Positions 1-8,611 of a DNA stretch of 64,000 nucleotides are shown here, one piece after another (the first letter of the stretch is position 1; each line of letters begins with the position of its first letter). This DNA is from a virus. Below the pieces are notes generated by a model. That model was not told the origin of the DNA. It did not search any database and was given only the letters and a program-made list of their open reading frames with translations. The stretch is taken from positions 128,001 through 192,000 of the IMG/VR virus record IMGVR_UViG_3300045988_107814; one strand, given 5' to 3'. Both the position numbers and the translations under genes were made by a program.

Positions 1-304
1 CTCTGGAAAGATCCATTGTCAGTCTTACAGAGAAGATATCTGCAAAGATCTGATTCAAAATACCGAACACTGCGTTCTGAAGCTCAGACTGCTCCTTGAA
101 GTAAACGATGCTATACGGCTCGGTGAGAATAGCATCTTCATCGGTTACTGCGATATCTTTGTAATCAGTGTCATTATCTTCCTTGTCCCCTTCGACCTGG
201 ATAGAATGATTGTGAATCAAAGAATCATTGATTGCTTTCATTTTTGCCAGCAAATCTTCCTGAGAATCGATGGCGAGGTTGGCGTTTGCGTTGAAATTAC
301 TCAT
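1..304 (-). CDS. hypothetical protein, partial (N-terminal part; ORF runs off the window start)
   Basis: ATG at 304 preceded by AAAGGAGG (rc of 311-318). My translation MSNFNANANLAIDSQEDLL... stays open to position 1. Visibly GC-richer than its neighbours. Confidence 0.55.
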   Translation of the reverse strand, partial: MSNFNANANLAIDSQEDLLAKMKAINDSLIHNHSIQVEGDKEDNDTDYKDIAVTDEDAILTEPYSIVYFKEQSELQNAVFGILNQIFADIFSVRLTMDLSR

Positions 305-333
305 TTGTAATTTCCTCCTTTAAAATAATATTT

Positions 334-373
334 GATAACAGATTTCTTCTGTTTATCGCTATAATTATATATA
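334..373 (-). promoter_or_regulatory. TATAATTATAGCGA promoter-like motif plus downstream hairpin (GATAAACAG/CTGTTATC)
   Basis: Minus-strand read: TATATATAATTATAGCGATAAACAGAAGAAATCTGTTATC, then the RBS of CDS 1..304. Member of the recurrent motif family described in findings. Confidence 0.4.
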
Positions 374-386
374 ACTATTAGATCAT

Positions 387-1232
387 TTACTTGAGCATAA
401 AGTTAACCAAGTCAATATGATCCTCTAGATTTTGACGAGTTTTGATAGAATCCCTGAACTCGTCTATTACATACAGAATAAGATAATACTTATCTACATT
501 ATGATCATATGCAATATAATGTTTCATATTTACTTTTTCCAAATCAATGCTTGGGTCGAGTTCATATACATCATAGCATCTAATGCTGGTATTAAGAATC
601 TCTTCTGTATCATCTAAAACAACATCTGGGATTTTTGCTTTACCATCAGCAACATCACTAAGATTTACGATATTACTGAATTGTTCGTAGTCTATTACTT
701 CATTGTTATTTACTTCATGAATGAAATATTTATACCATATATAATCAATGTCTTTTTCATTAAAGTTAGAAATCTTATTTAGATTTATAATATGTTTCAT
801 CATATTCTTAAAAACAGATTTCTTATTATACTTATAGATATTGAATCCAAAGAAATTTGTTACATTATGACTATCTTTATAATAGTTGTTTATATAATAA
901 TTGCAGATAACAAATTTCTTGTTATTTTTATCATTATTAATCCATTTATAGCCAGATGATTCGTATAAAATTTCCCAATCATAAGAAGGTACTTTTAAAA
1001 AAGAATAATTATCTTTAAGAGAATACTGAATCAAAATATCTTGTCTGTATCCAATCATAAGGGTGTATTTATCATTAAGAACAGACTCAGTAATTGTTTC
1101 AGTTTCAAAAGATTCTTCATCCATGAATATTCCAGAATCTTCATTTTTCTTAACAAGATACTTTATTCTAAATTCATCTTCAGATATAAAAGTATAGAAC
1201 TTTGTTCCGAGTTCAAATTTACTAATTTTCAT
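387..1232 (-). CDS. hypothetical protein
   Basis: 281-aa ORF with AAGGAG upstream of the ATG at 1232. No motif recognised. Confidence 0.7.
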   Translation of the reverse strand: MKISKFELGTKFYTFISEDEFRIKYLVKKNEDSGIFMDEESFETETITESVLNDKYTLMIGYRQDILIQYSLKDNYSFLKVPSYDWEILYESSGYKWINNDKNNKKFVICNYYINNYYKDSHNVTNFFGFNIYKYNKKSVFKNMMKHIINLNKISNFNEKDIDYIWYKYFIHEVNNNEVIDYEQFSNIVNLSDVADGKAKIPDVVLDDTEEILNTSIRCYDVYELDPSIDLEKVNMKHYIAYDHNVDKYYLILYVIDEFRDSIKTRQNLEDHIDLVNFMLK

Positions 1233-1246
1233 AACTCCAAATCTCC

Positions 1247-1798
1247 TTATTTGTTATAATGATAACCATTATATCTATCAGTTCTTGTAAAAGACTTTGA
1301 TGTTGTTGGTCCTTCTTGATTCTGATATCTACCATGATATAAGAAATCAACTTCTCCGTCAGGCTTTTCAAAATATACCTGTGCAACCTCGAAATTAGGA
1401 TATACAATTAACGGTACAACTACAGTAATCTCAAGTGTATATTTACCAGAAAATCCAATGTCACCAAATCCAGCTGTTAAATGTACTTGCATTCCTAATC
1501 TACCAATAGAACTTCTACCATCAATAGCAGAAATAAACTTATCAGAAGATACAGTTTCTTTAATAGATCCAATATACAAAGTATTAGGATATAAAGTTAG
1601 GCCAGATTCAGGGATAATCTTTTTTGTATATCTATTATCCTTCTTCTTCATATCTAATACAATATGCTTATCATATTGAATAATCTCATCGGCTAGATGT
1701 ACATTGTATGAATTGGGGTTTAGACAGTTGATATCGAATGGGTCAATGCCAATATTACCAAGTTTAATTTGCTTCAAAATTTCATTTGCAGTGAGCAT
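1247..1798 (-). CDS. dcd: dCTP deaminase (dUTPase superfamily)
   Basis: DGRSSIGRLGMQVHLTAGFGDIGFSGKYTLEI matches the Dcd core DGRSSLARLG..H.TA..IDPG..G. Start moved to ATG 1798 (MLTANEIL), 9 nt after AAGGAGG. Confidence 0.85.
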   Translation of the reverse strand: MLTANEILKQIKLGNIGIDPFDINCLNPNSYNVHLADEIIQYDKHIVLDMKKKDNRYTKKIIPESGLTLYPNTLYIGSIKETVSSDKFISAIDGRSSIGRLGMQVHLTAGFGDIGFSGKYTLEITVVVPLIVYPNFEVAQVYFEKPDGEVDFLYHGRYQNQEGPTTSKSFTRTDRYNGYHYNK

Positions 1799-1894
1799 AA
1801 CTCTCAGCCTCCTTAATACGTTCATTTATATTATAGTTTGAAAAAGTGTATTTTGTAAAAATTAACCAGAGAGATAATACTCTCTGGTTAAAAT

Positions 1895-4800
1895 TTATAG
1901 CAATCCTTTAATAGCTTTCATAGTATACTTTAATGTATTAGAAGTTATCTTAATAGAACTGTCAGAAAATGGTGTAGAATTATAGTAATCTGAGAAGTTA
2001 AATCCTTTTTCAGCTTTCATTACAAAATCTAAATTAAGTTTAAATACATTTAAGCAAACAGCTCTAGTATCTATTAAATCTTTATATTGTTCATTCTTTA
2101 AACGTTTCTTAAGTTCCTTTTCAATACAATCATTAATATACCATAATTTAGCAAGTTCATATTTAATACCTTCTATATTAGATTGATTTCTGTATGTTTC
2201 TAATAACTGTACTGAATCATCAATTTCATCCCCATATGATAATGATCCTGTACGAGCTTTATAAATAATAAGATTACCATCTTTATCAAACTCTATTGGA
2301 AATTGTTTTACTTCATTAAGAATAGAAGCTGATTCTTTTATTGATTTTGGAAATCTTACAACGCCAAAATATTTTTTACATTTTTTATTCGTGCATCTAT
2401 AAATTGGTTCACCCTCAAAAAATATGCCAACATCGGATCCACATTCTGTACATTTTTTAGGAACGTTTTGTCCTTTATCATTAACAAAAGATGCTTCATT
2501 TTGTACTTCTTTTTTCTTATTACTATGATCTTTAATCTTATGGAACCAGTGCCATTTATAATCATATTTGATAATGGTTTTCTTTTTATTATTAGCAAAC
2601 TTTCTTACATGTTCACCATTAACTTTATCTACTACAATACTACCTACATATTTTAATTGTACTGGTTCAAGAATCCACATTTCATTTGTAATATTTGCAT
2701 CGAAGATATCACCATCTTTGATAATTTGTTTATTAGATTTACATTTATAAGAACTGATAGGTTTTTCTGGTGTATATACATATAAAGTTTTACCAGCTAA
2801 CTTTAATCTACCAGTATCATTAATTATAGCATTTAAACATCCTTCTATAGAATTTGAGAAGCATACTCTAGGAGTTTTATATTCTTCAAAACCAAATCCA
2901 GAAGAGTCTTTTGCTAATTTTAGTTTCTCTAATGCTTGAATAAAGTTCTTGTCTTTCTTTAATTCATTAGTAATCCATGTAGGGACTCTTGGTTTTAAAG
3001 GTCCATGTTCATCTAAATCGGAGTCAAAAGAAATATGATAGAATCTCTTTTTAGAATACGGATTAACGCCATTCTTTATATCATTAAGATTCATACCAGT
3101 AATAGACTCTTCGATACTTTCTATACCAGTCTTTAATAAAGAATTAATCTTTTTCTTTGTCTTTTTACCATCGTACTTTGTAGCAACATCATTAAATACT
3201 TCAATGATCTTATTTGGAATTGCTTTAGCATGATCATATAATTGACCAGGATCAGGAATTTCAATATCTCCAACAAGATTGATATTTCCAGATTTCAATA
3301 CTGTATCTACAAAAGTAGAGCATACTTGATGGTATTCGTTTTTACTTACCTTATGATCAATCTTTAAAATCTTATTAAAGAAGATTCTTAGATCGAATGT
3401 AGTTTTATTATTTTCAAAATCTTTAACTTTATCTTTTAATTGTTTCACTATTTTAGTAGGAGCAAAGAAAGCCATTACAGAAATTATATTATCTTTGAAA
3501 GAGTCTAAATTTTCTTTAATAAATCCTGCTTTTTCTCTTATATTAAAACTATACACTTCTTTTAATTCTGGATCAAAAGAAATACTAGCATGAGAATAAG
3601 AGCTTCCAGTTACTAGTTTAATACCTTGAGAAACAATAGGTGTGTGTCCTTGTGTAAAGATTAATAATACTGGTTTATGTGTACTTTTATTTGCAGCTTC
3701 ACTTAACAATTCGTCATCATCACTTTCTGGAATATTATCTAGATTTATAAATATGTCTTTTGGAATTGTCTTGTCTAATATATCAGATACTCGTTTAGAT
3801 GCTTTTAGTCTATTCTTTCTATTAAATGGTATCTCTGGGTTCCATCCTAGATTTAGGATGGATTGTTTTCTTGCAAGGATCTTGTCTTCATTCCCAGACG
3901 ATTTAATATCTTCAAAATCAGAATATAATAAATCTAATGTATCTATCCAATCATTTCTATAATCTTCAAAAATATGATCCATGCTCATATCTTTATACGA
4001 TGCAAACCATGTAGGAATTTTTATATTTGTAATTAATCCATCATTATCTGCATCTTTACAATAAAAATTATGGTTACCATGAACCCCCATATCTATCATT
4101 TCAGAAGGAGTAAAGTATGGACAGTCGTTAAATCTTCTATGTTGTTTAGATTTAGTTGATTCTGCTTCATTTACAACTTTCATATTATTGTACACTTGAG
4201 AAACGAATTCTCCTAAAGTTTGTACAACAGAAGAAGTTTCTAATCCATCTTCTACTGGTGAAACAGATTTCTTTGTTTTAACAGTCATGGCATCCAATAA
4301 TTTCTTTTTAATATAATTATATCTATCTATGTTATTCATACCATATATAGCCATAGATTCATCATCAGATTGAACTTTATGATCATGAGATTGACCATTG
4401 TATTTGATAAATTGTTGTTCTAGGTCTTTTAATTTTTCTTCGTTTGTAATACCTTTAATACTACTGATAATAAATATATTTGAATCTATTTGAAATTGAT
4501 CAGCTATAGTATTCTTTTTAATATCATAGACAAGTTTACAGAATAAATCATCGTCATATAAATGAATTTTATTACAATCAGTTTCTGTATTAACAGGAAT
4601 CTCTGTTTCCTCATGTACTGTATCAGTTATATCATTCTCATTATCTGGAATGTCTTCATTGTCAGTATCTAATCCAATAAGATTATCAAATTCATCATCA
4701 TTAAAATTATCCTCATCTTCTTCGGGATCATAATAAACTGACTCATTATCATCTTCTTCAGAGTCTCCATATTTAGAATCTATATCAGACATAAGCTTAT

Positions 4801-5011
4801 CTCTAAGAGATTCATAATGCTCTTGATTTGTCATGTTCCAAATTTCTATAGATCTATCGTCACTTAATCTTTGTTGTCTCCTAGTCATTTGTGTCTCAAA
4901 TAATTCCCATTGACGTTGGAGTTCTTCTAGGTCATCTGTATCTTTGATAATGATATAGTTAGTATCTCGCATAAATTTATTAGCAAGAATGTTTTTATAA
5001 TTCTCTAACAT
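1895..5011 (-). CDS. large multidomain protein: acidic N-terminal region, putative permuted papain-fold (YiiX/C92-like) domain, C-terminal zinc ribbon
   Basis: ORF 1895..5029 with start moved to ATG 5011 after AAAGGAGAGGAG. GSSYSHASISF...HQVCSTFVD resembles the His-then-Cys order of permuted NlpC/P60-type amidases. CTECGS...C..KKC looks like a zinc ribbon. The domain calls are weak. Confidence 0.7.
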   Translation of the reverse strand: MLENYKNILANKFMRDTNYIIIKDTDDLEELQRQWELFETQMTRRQQRLSDDRSIEIWNMTNQEHYESLRDKLMSDIDSKYGDSEEDDNESVYYDPEEDEDNFNDDEFDNLIGLDTDNEDIPDNENDITDTVHEETEIPVNTETDCNKIHLYDDDLFCKLVYDIKKNTIADQFQIDSNIFIISSIKGITNEEKLKDLEQQFIKYNGQSHDHKVQSDDESMAIYGMNNIDRYNYIKKKLLDAMTVKTKKSVSPVEDGLETSSVVQTLGEFVSQVYNNMKVVNEAESTKSKQHRRFNDCPYFTPSEMIDMGVHGNHNFYCKDADNDGLITNIKIPTWFASYKDMSMDHIFEDYRNDWIDTLDLLYSDFEDIKSSGNEDKILARKQSILNLGWNPEIPFNRKNRLKASKRVSDILDKTIPKDIFINLDNIPESDDDELLSEAANKSTHKPVLLIFTQGHTPIVSQGIKLVTGSSYSHASISFDPELKEVYSFNIREKAGFIKENLDSFKDNIISVMAFFAPTKIVKQLKDKVKDFENNKTTFDLRIFFNKILKIDHKVSKNEYHQVCSTFVDTVLKSGNINLVGDIEIPDPGQLYDHAKAIPNKIIEVFNDVATKYDGKKTKKKINSLLKTGIESIEESITGMNLNDIKNGVNPYSKKRFYHISFDSDLDEHGPLKPRVPTWITNELKKDKNFIQALEKLKLAKDSSGFGFEEYKTPRVCFSNSIEGCLNAIINDTGRLKLAGKTLYVYTPEKPISSYKCKSNKQIIKDGDIFDANITNEMWILEPVQLKYVGSIVVDKVNGEHVRKFANNKKKTIIKYDYKWHWFHKIKDHSNKKKEVQNEASFVNDKGQNVPKKCTECGSDVGIFFEGEPIYRCTNKKCKKYFGVVRFPKSIKESASILNEVKQFPIEFDKDGNLIIYKARTGSLSYGDEIDDSVQLLETYRNQSNIEGIKYELAKLWYINDCIEKELKKRLKNEQYKDLIDTRAVCLNVFKLNLDFVMKAEKGFNFSDYYNSTPFSDSSIKITSNTLKYTMKAIKGLL

Positions 5012-5055
5012 AAACTCCTCTCCTTTCATAGAATATTATTATAAAGTTCAAATAG

Positions 5056-5089
5056 CAAAAATTTGTCCACATCCATTACAGATGTGGAC
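5056..5089 (-). terminator. intrinsic terminator downstream of thyX
   Basis: GTCCACATC/GATGTGGAC stem (5065-5073 and 5081-5089) followed on the minus strand by AAATTTTTG. Confidence 0.5.
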
Positions 5090-5187
5090 GGAGACTTTCT
5101 TATTACTTTACGGAGTTTGAAATTAGTAATGAACAACAAAGGTGTAATCAACACCCATATACACCTTTACTATATAGTTGCTTCAAT

Positions 5188-6348
5188 TTAAAAAGTTAAT
5201 AACTTATCAAATTTTTCTTTAATAGTTTGTGCATATTGTCTAATTTCATATTGTGCATGAGGATCAGTTCTAAGTTCAAGGAATTTTAATAATGAAAATA
5301 CTGTGAATGTCATATATAATTTTCCACAGTTTACATTAGAAGGTAAGAATGCTCTTGCTTCTTCTTTTTTGAGTCCAGCCTGCATTAGTTGAGGATATAC
5401 AGACATTAGATCATCTGCGATAGTATCAAGTGATCCATTATTAATAATATCCCCAATTTTTACTGAATATTGCTTATTTTTATCATAATCCTTAAGAGGA
5501 ATAGTAAATGATGCATCAGAGTAATTTACATATCTTTGGGATTCTTGTGTAATTGCATTTCTATGTCTTACTAACTGATGAGTGGCAGTTCTAGAAATAT
5601 TTTTGAATACTACTGTAACTGGCATCATTAAATTAGCTTCTTGCTCAAAATCTACATTATTAAGAAGTTTACGATACATTTCACGATCAAATCCAATATC
5701 AACACTTTTAATTGCTTTATCACCAGCAACTGGAACATTATTTACTTTTGCATTTTTGATAACGATGCCATAATGTAAGCCTTCATATGGATTTGTTACA
5801 TATCTATTAAAGTCATTTTCATTATTATCATTAAAGATTTCAATATCATTAAATTTAAAAGTGAAATCAGGATCTTCTTCATTAATCTTAAATGTTTTAC
5901 CAAATAAACATTTAGGAAGATTAGTTTGTAATGTATTACATAAATTTAGAATGATGTTACTGCATAGATCATGTGATCCAATATTTGTAATGAATTCTTT
6001 GTATGCTCTTACATCACCGTTAATAATAAGATTATATGTTTTCTTCGTTTTTCTAAGTTTCTTAAACGGATTTCTATTTTCAGTATAATTACAAGTAGAA
6101 TAGAACTGTAAAAATCTTGCATGTGGATTTGTAATTAAACTAATGATATCGAATTCATTTTCAATACCAGTAATTTCAATAACTACTCTCCCATGCTCAA
6201 GAATAGAATCATGACCAGCATTTATTCTCTTTTCAATATACTTTGTCTTTTCTAAGTAATCAATAGCCTTATTGTTATTATAACAACAAGAACAAGCTGC
6301 ATAAATATTGGTTACAAGATCATTCTTATAAATAATTTTAGATTCCAT
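5188..6348 (-). CDS. thyX: flavin-dependent thymidylate synthase ThyX with extra N-terminal module
   Basis: HDSILEH near the N-terminus. ThyX signature QLVRHRNAITQESQRY (RHR..S..SQRY). C-terminal LELRTDPHAQYEIRQYA. Confidence 0.85.
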   Translation of the reverse strand: MESKIIYKNDLVTNIYAACSCCYNNNKAIDYLEKTKYIEKRINAGHDSILEHGRVVIEITGIENEFDIISLITNPHARFLQFYSTCNYTENRNPFKKLRKTKKTYNLIINGDVRAYKEFITNIGSHDLCSNIILNLCNTLQTNLPKCLFGKTFKINEEDPDFTFKFNDIEIFNDNNENDFNRYVTNPYEGLHYGIVIKNAKVNNVPVAGDKAIKSVDIGFDREMYRKLLNNVDFEQEANLMMPVTVVFKNISRTATHQLVRHRNAITQESQRYVNYSDASFTIPLKDYDKNKQYSVKIGDIINNGSLDTIADDLMSVYPQLMQAGLKKEEARAFLPSNVNCGKLYMTFTVFSLLKFLELRTDPHAQYEIRQYAQTIKEKFDKLLTF

Positions 6349-7130
6349 TACTTATCCTCCTCATTCATCTTTGAATTATCGTAGTTAGATGTGATTATAT
6401 TCTCAATTTCATCACAAATATCTTCTGTTGATTTTCTTTCTTTGTTAAGATTAGAATTGTTAGATGGTCCAATATCAATTGTATAAAAATTAAAATTACC
6501 GATAGAGTATTGATCTTTGTCAGATTTTATAAGATCCTTGATGGTATTAATATCAGTTTTAATTCTATCTTGTAATTTTTGGTTATTGTCATATTCAGTT
6601 TTATATTTAATAGTTTCTGTATTATCTTTTGGTAGTTCTATATTATGCTCATTAGTTATAATGATAATGTTTCTATTGATAACCAATGGAATTTTACTAT
6701 TATCATCAGATAATACTACATTATAGAAGAAATTGTGTAAGTTAACTTCTTCTGGTAAATCAATTCCCATAACTTCACAATAATGTTTATATTGATATAG
6801 ATACGTAGATAATGGTCCTCTGTCACAGATACTAATTTCAGCTCGATCTAAAATACTGTGATTACTAAATGTATATTTCATATCATTGATTAATACATCC
6901 ATTGTCACTTCAATAAGTTTTCCAATATCTGTTTTTGAAACTCTGTTATTAAATTTCATATCATTGATTAGATTATTAAAGAGTGTCATATAGTTTGTCA
7001 TTTTATGAGTTGGGAATCTATGATAGTCTACAGTTGTTTTAGGACTTATTAATTCTCTTTTCTTTAGTTCTTTAATAACAGTACTTTTACCAATGTTATC
7101 TTGACCTTCAATATAATAGACATATTTCAT
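6348..7130 (-). CDS. thymidylate kinase-like P-loop nucleotide kinase
   Basis: YIEGQDNIGKST (Tmk-like P-loop, compare FEG.DG.GKST) and DRGPLSTYLYQ (compare DR...S..AYQ). TAATG overlap with the thyX start. Confidence 0.7.
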   Translation of the reverse strand: MKYVYYIEGQDNIGKSTVIKELKKRELISPKTTVDYHRFPTHKMTNYMTLFNNLINDMKFNNRVSKTDIGKLIEVTMDVLINDMKYTFSNHSILDRAEISICDRGPLSTYLYQYKHYCEVMGIDLPEEVNLHNFFYNVVLSDDNSKIPLVINRNIIIITNEHNIELPKDNTETIKYKTEYDNNQKLQDRIKTDINTIKDLIKSDKDQYSIGNFNFYTIDIGPSNNSNLNKERKSTEDICDEIENIITSNYDNSKMNEEDK

Positions 7131-7286
7131 TATATTGTACCTCCTTTAAAATATTATTAGTAAGTTTTTGAATATGTATTCTTTGACATTGAAATGTCTT
7201 GTAATTTTTTACAAACGAATTAACGTTATTAATAAAAACATCCTCGCCAAAACAAAGACTGAAAGACCTTATCCAAATACTAGAAG

Positions 7287-7330
7287 GACCAACCTTTCAG
7301 GTTGGTCATCTTTATTATTATTTTTATTAT
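7287..7330 (+). terminator. terminator-like hairpin in the leader of CDS 7372 (attenuator or sRNA end)
   Basis: GACCAACCT-TTC-AGGTTGGTC 9-bp stem followed by ATCTTTATTATTATTTTTATT. Confidence 0.4.
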
Positions 7331-7371
7331 TCTTAAGGATTATATTATTATTAATTAAAGGAGTTATTAGT

Positions 7372-7767
7372 ATGAATACGAGTAAATATGATCATAAAGG
7401 GAATGTAATATATTCAGAATCTTTAGATCTTGAAGGAATGATAGTGCGTCATTTTTATAAATATGATCAAAATAATAAAAGAATATACTATAAAGCACAA
7501 ACAGATACAAGTATATTTGAAGAATATACTACATATAATAATCATGGTACAAAGGTTTCTGTTACTACATATAAATATCCAGAATACCTATATTGTAAAC
7601 GAATCTTTAATTCTATGGGAAGAGTTATAAATGAAACTATTATAGATAGTCTTACTGGACAAATATCTTATAAGAAATATGATGCTTTTAGAGACAAGTA
7701 TATTATAACAAAGACAATTTCACCTTTTGTTATATATAATAATAGTGATAGACAAGATCTATCATAA
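7372..7767 (+). CDS. hypothetical protein with YD/MORN-like repeats
   Basis: Start at ATG 7372, 8 nt after AAAGGAG. Repeated Y.YD..G.. patterns (YDHKGNVIY, YKYDQNNKRIYY). The upstream part of ORF 7168.. crosses a terminator hairpin. Confidence 0.6.
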   Translation: MNTSKYDHKGNVIYSESLDLEGMIVRHFYKYDQNNKRIYYKAQTDTSIFEEYTTYNNHGTKVSVTTYKYPEYLYCKRIFNSMGRVINETIIDSLTGQISYKKYDAFRDKYIITKTISPFVIYNNSDRQDLS

Positions 7768-7792
7768 ACTTATTTTATTGGAGGAATTTATA

Positions 7793-8533
7793 ATGAACAA
7801 GAAATTCGAAAAGATGGTTAGTAAAGAAGAGTTATCAGCATCACAAGGTTATTATACACGATTCTGTGATGCAGCATTCTCTAAATTTGTATCTAGTAGA
7901 GGAGAAGTCTATATAACTAACGAAGATTTATATGTCATTAATCCTGGAAGACAAACCAAGGACATTTCAAAATTGAAAGTTCTCTATTGCATTAATAATG
8001 AGATAGTAAAAATAGACCTTCTTATCTATGATCTGGTTAAAGTATTAAATGAACAAGGTATTACTACATTATACTCTTGCTCTGGACATGAAGATGATGC
8101 GTTCGAAGGATTTTATATTCGTTTTGACAAATTATCTATGACTCAGTCAAATATGTACCTTATTAAAAAGGTATGTGATGAATTGGGACTGGTATTCGAG
8201 CATGTGCTCGTTATTAATACAAATGAAAACGATGTATATAAAGAATCAACAATAAGTATCCTCAATCCAACAGATAAAGATATTAAACAAGCAAAAAGTC
8301 TAGTTTTAAAAGATCCTATTAATTCATCATTTAATCCAGATTATTATGATGTAGATTATAATGAATTTATTGATGTAAGATTATATGGAAATAATGAAAG
8401 AACAACAGAGCAAATAGATCATGATTATATTATTAACAACAGATCTATTGCAATTACTATGATCAGTAAGTTTACAAGAATGCTGGAATCTGAATTTAAT
8501 AAAATTAAAATGCCGAACAAAATCGAATTCTAA
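7793..8533 (+). CDS. hypothetical protein
   Basis: ATG 7793 follows GGAGGAATTTATA. 246 aa, no motif recognised. Confidence 0.7.
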   Translation: MNKKFEKMVSKEELSASQGYYTRFCDAAFSKFVSSRGEVYITNEDLYVINPGRQTKDISKLKVLYCINNEIVKIDLLIYDLVKVLNEQGITTLYSCSGHEDDAFEGFYIRFDKLSMTQSNMYLIKKVCDELGLVFEHVLVINTNENDVYKESTISILNPTDKDIKQAKSLVLKDPINSSFNPDYYDVDYNEFIDVRLYGNNERTTEQIDHDYIINNRSIAITMISKFTRMLESEFNKIKMPNKIEF

Positions 8534-8552
8534 GTTTATAACCTTAATCTAG

Positions 8553-8592
8553 AAAAAATAACCAGGGATTTTGGTCCCTGGTTTTATTTTTT
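8553..8592. terminator. bidirectional intrinsic terminator between convergent genes
   Basis: ACCAGGGA/TCCCTGGT stem flanked by an A-run (5') and TTTTATTTTTT (3'). Confidence 0.6.
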
Positions 8593-8611
8593 GTCCAGTT
8601 AGTTTTCTATG

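Noticed and set aside
7168-7371. N-terminal extension of ORF 7168..7767
   Set aside because: The extension crosses a terminator-like hairpin and a T-run and translates to hydrophobic junk (LLLFLLFLRIILLL). A strong RBS precedes the internal ATG at 7372.
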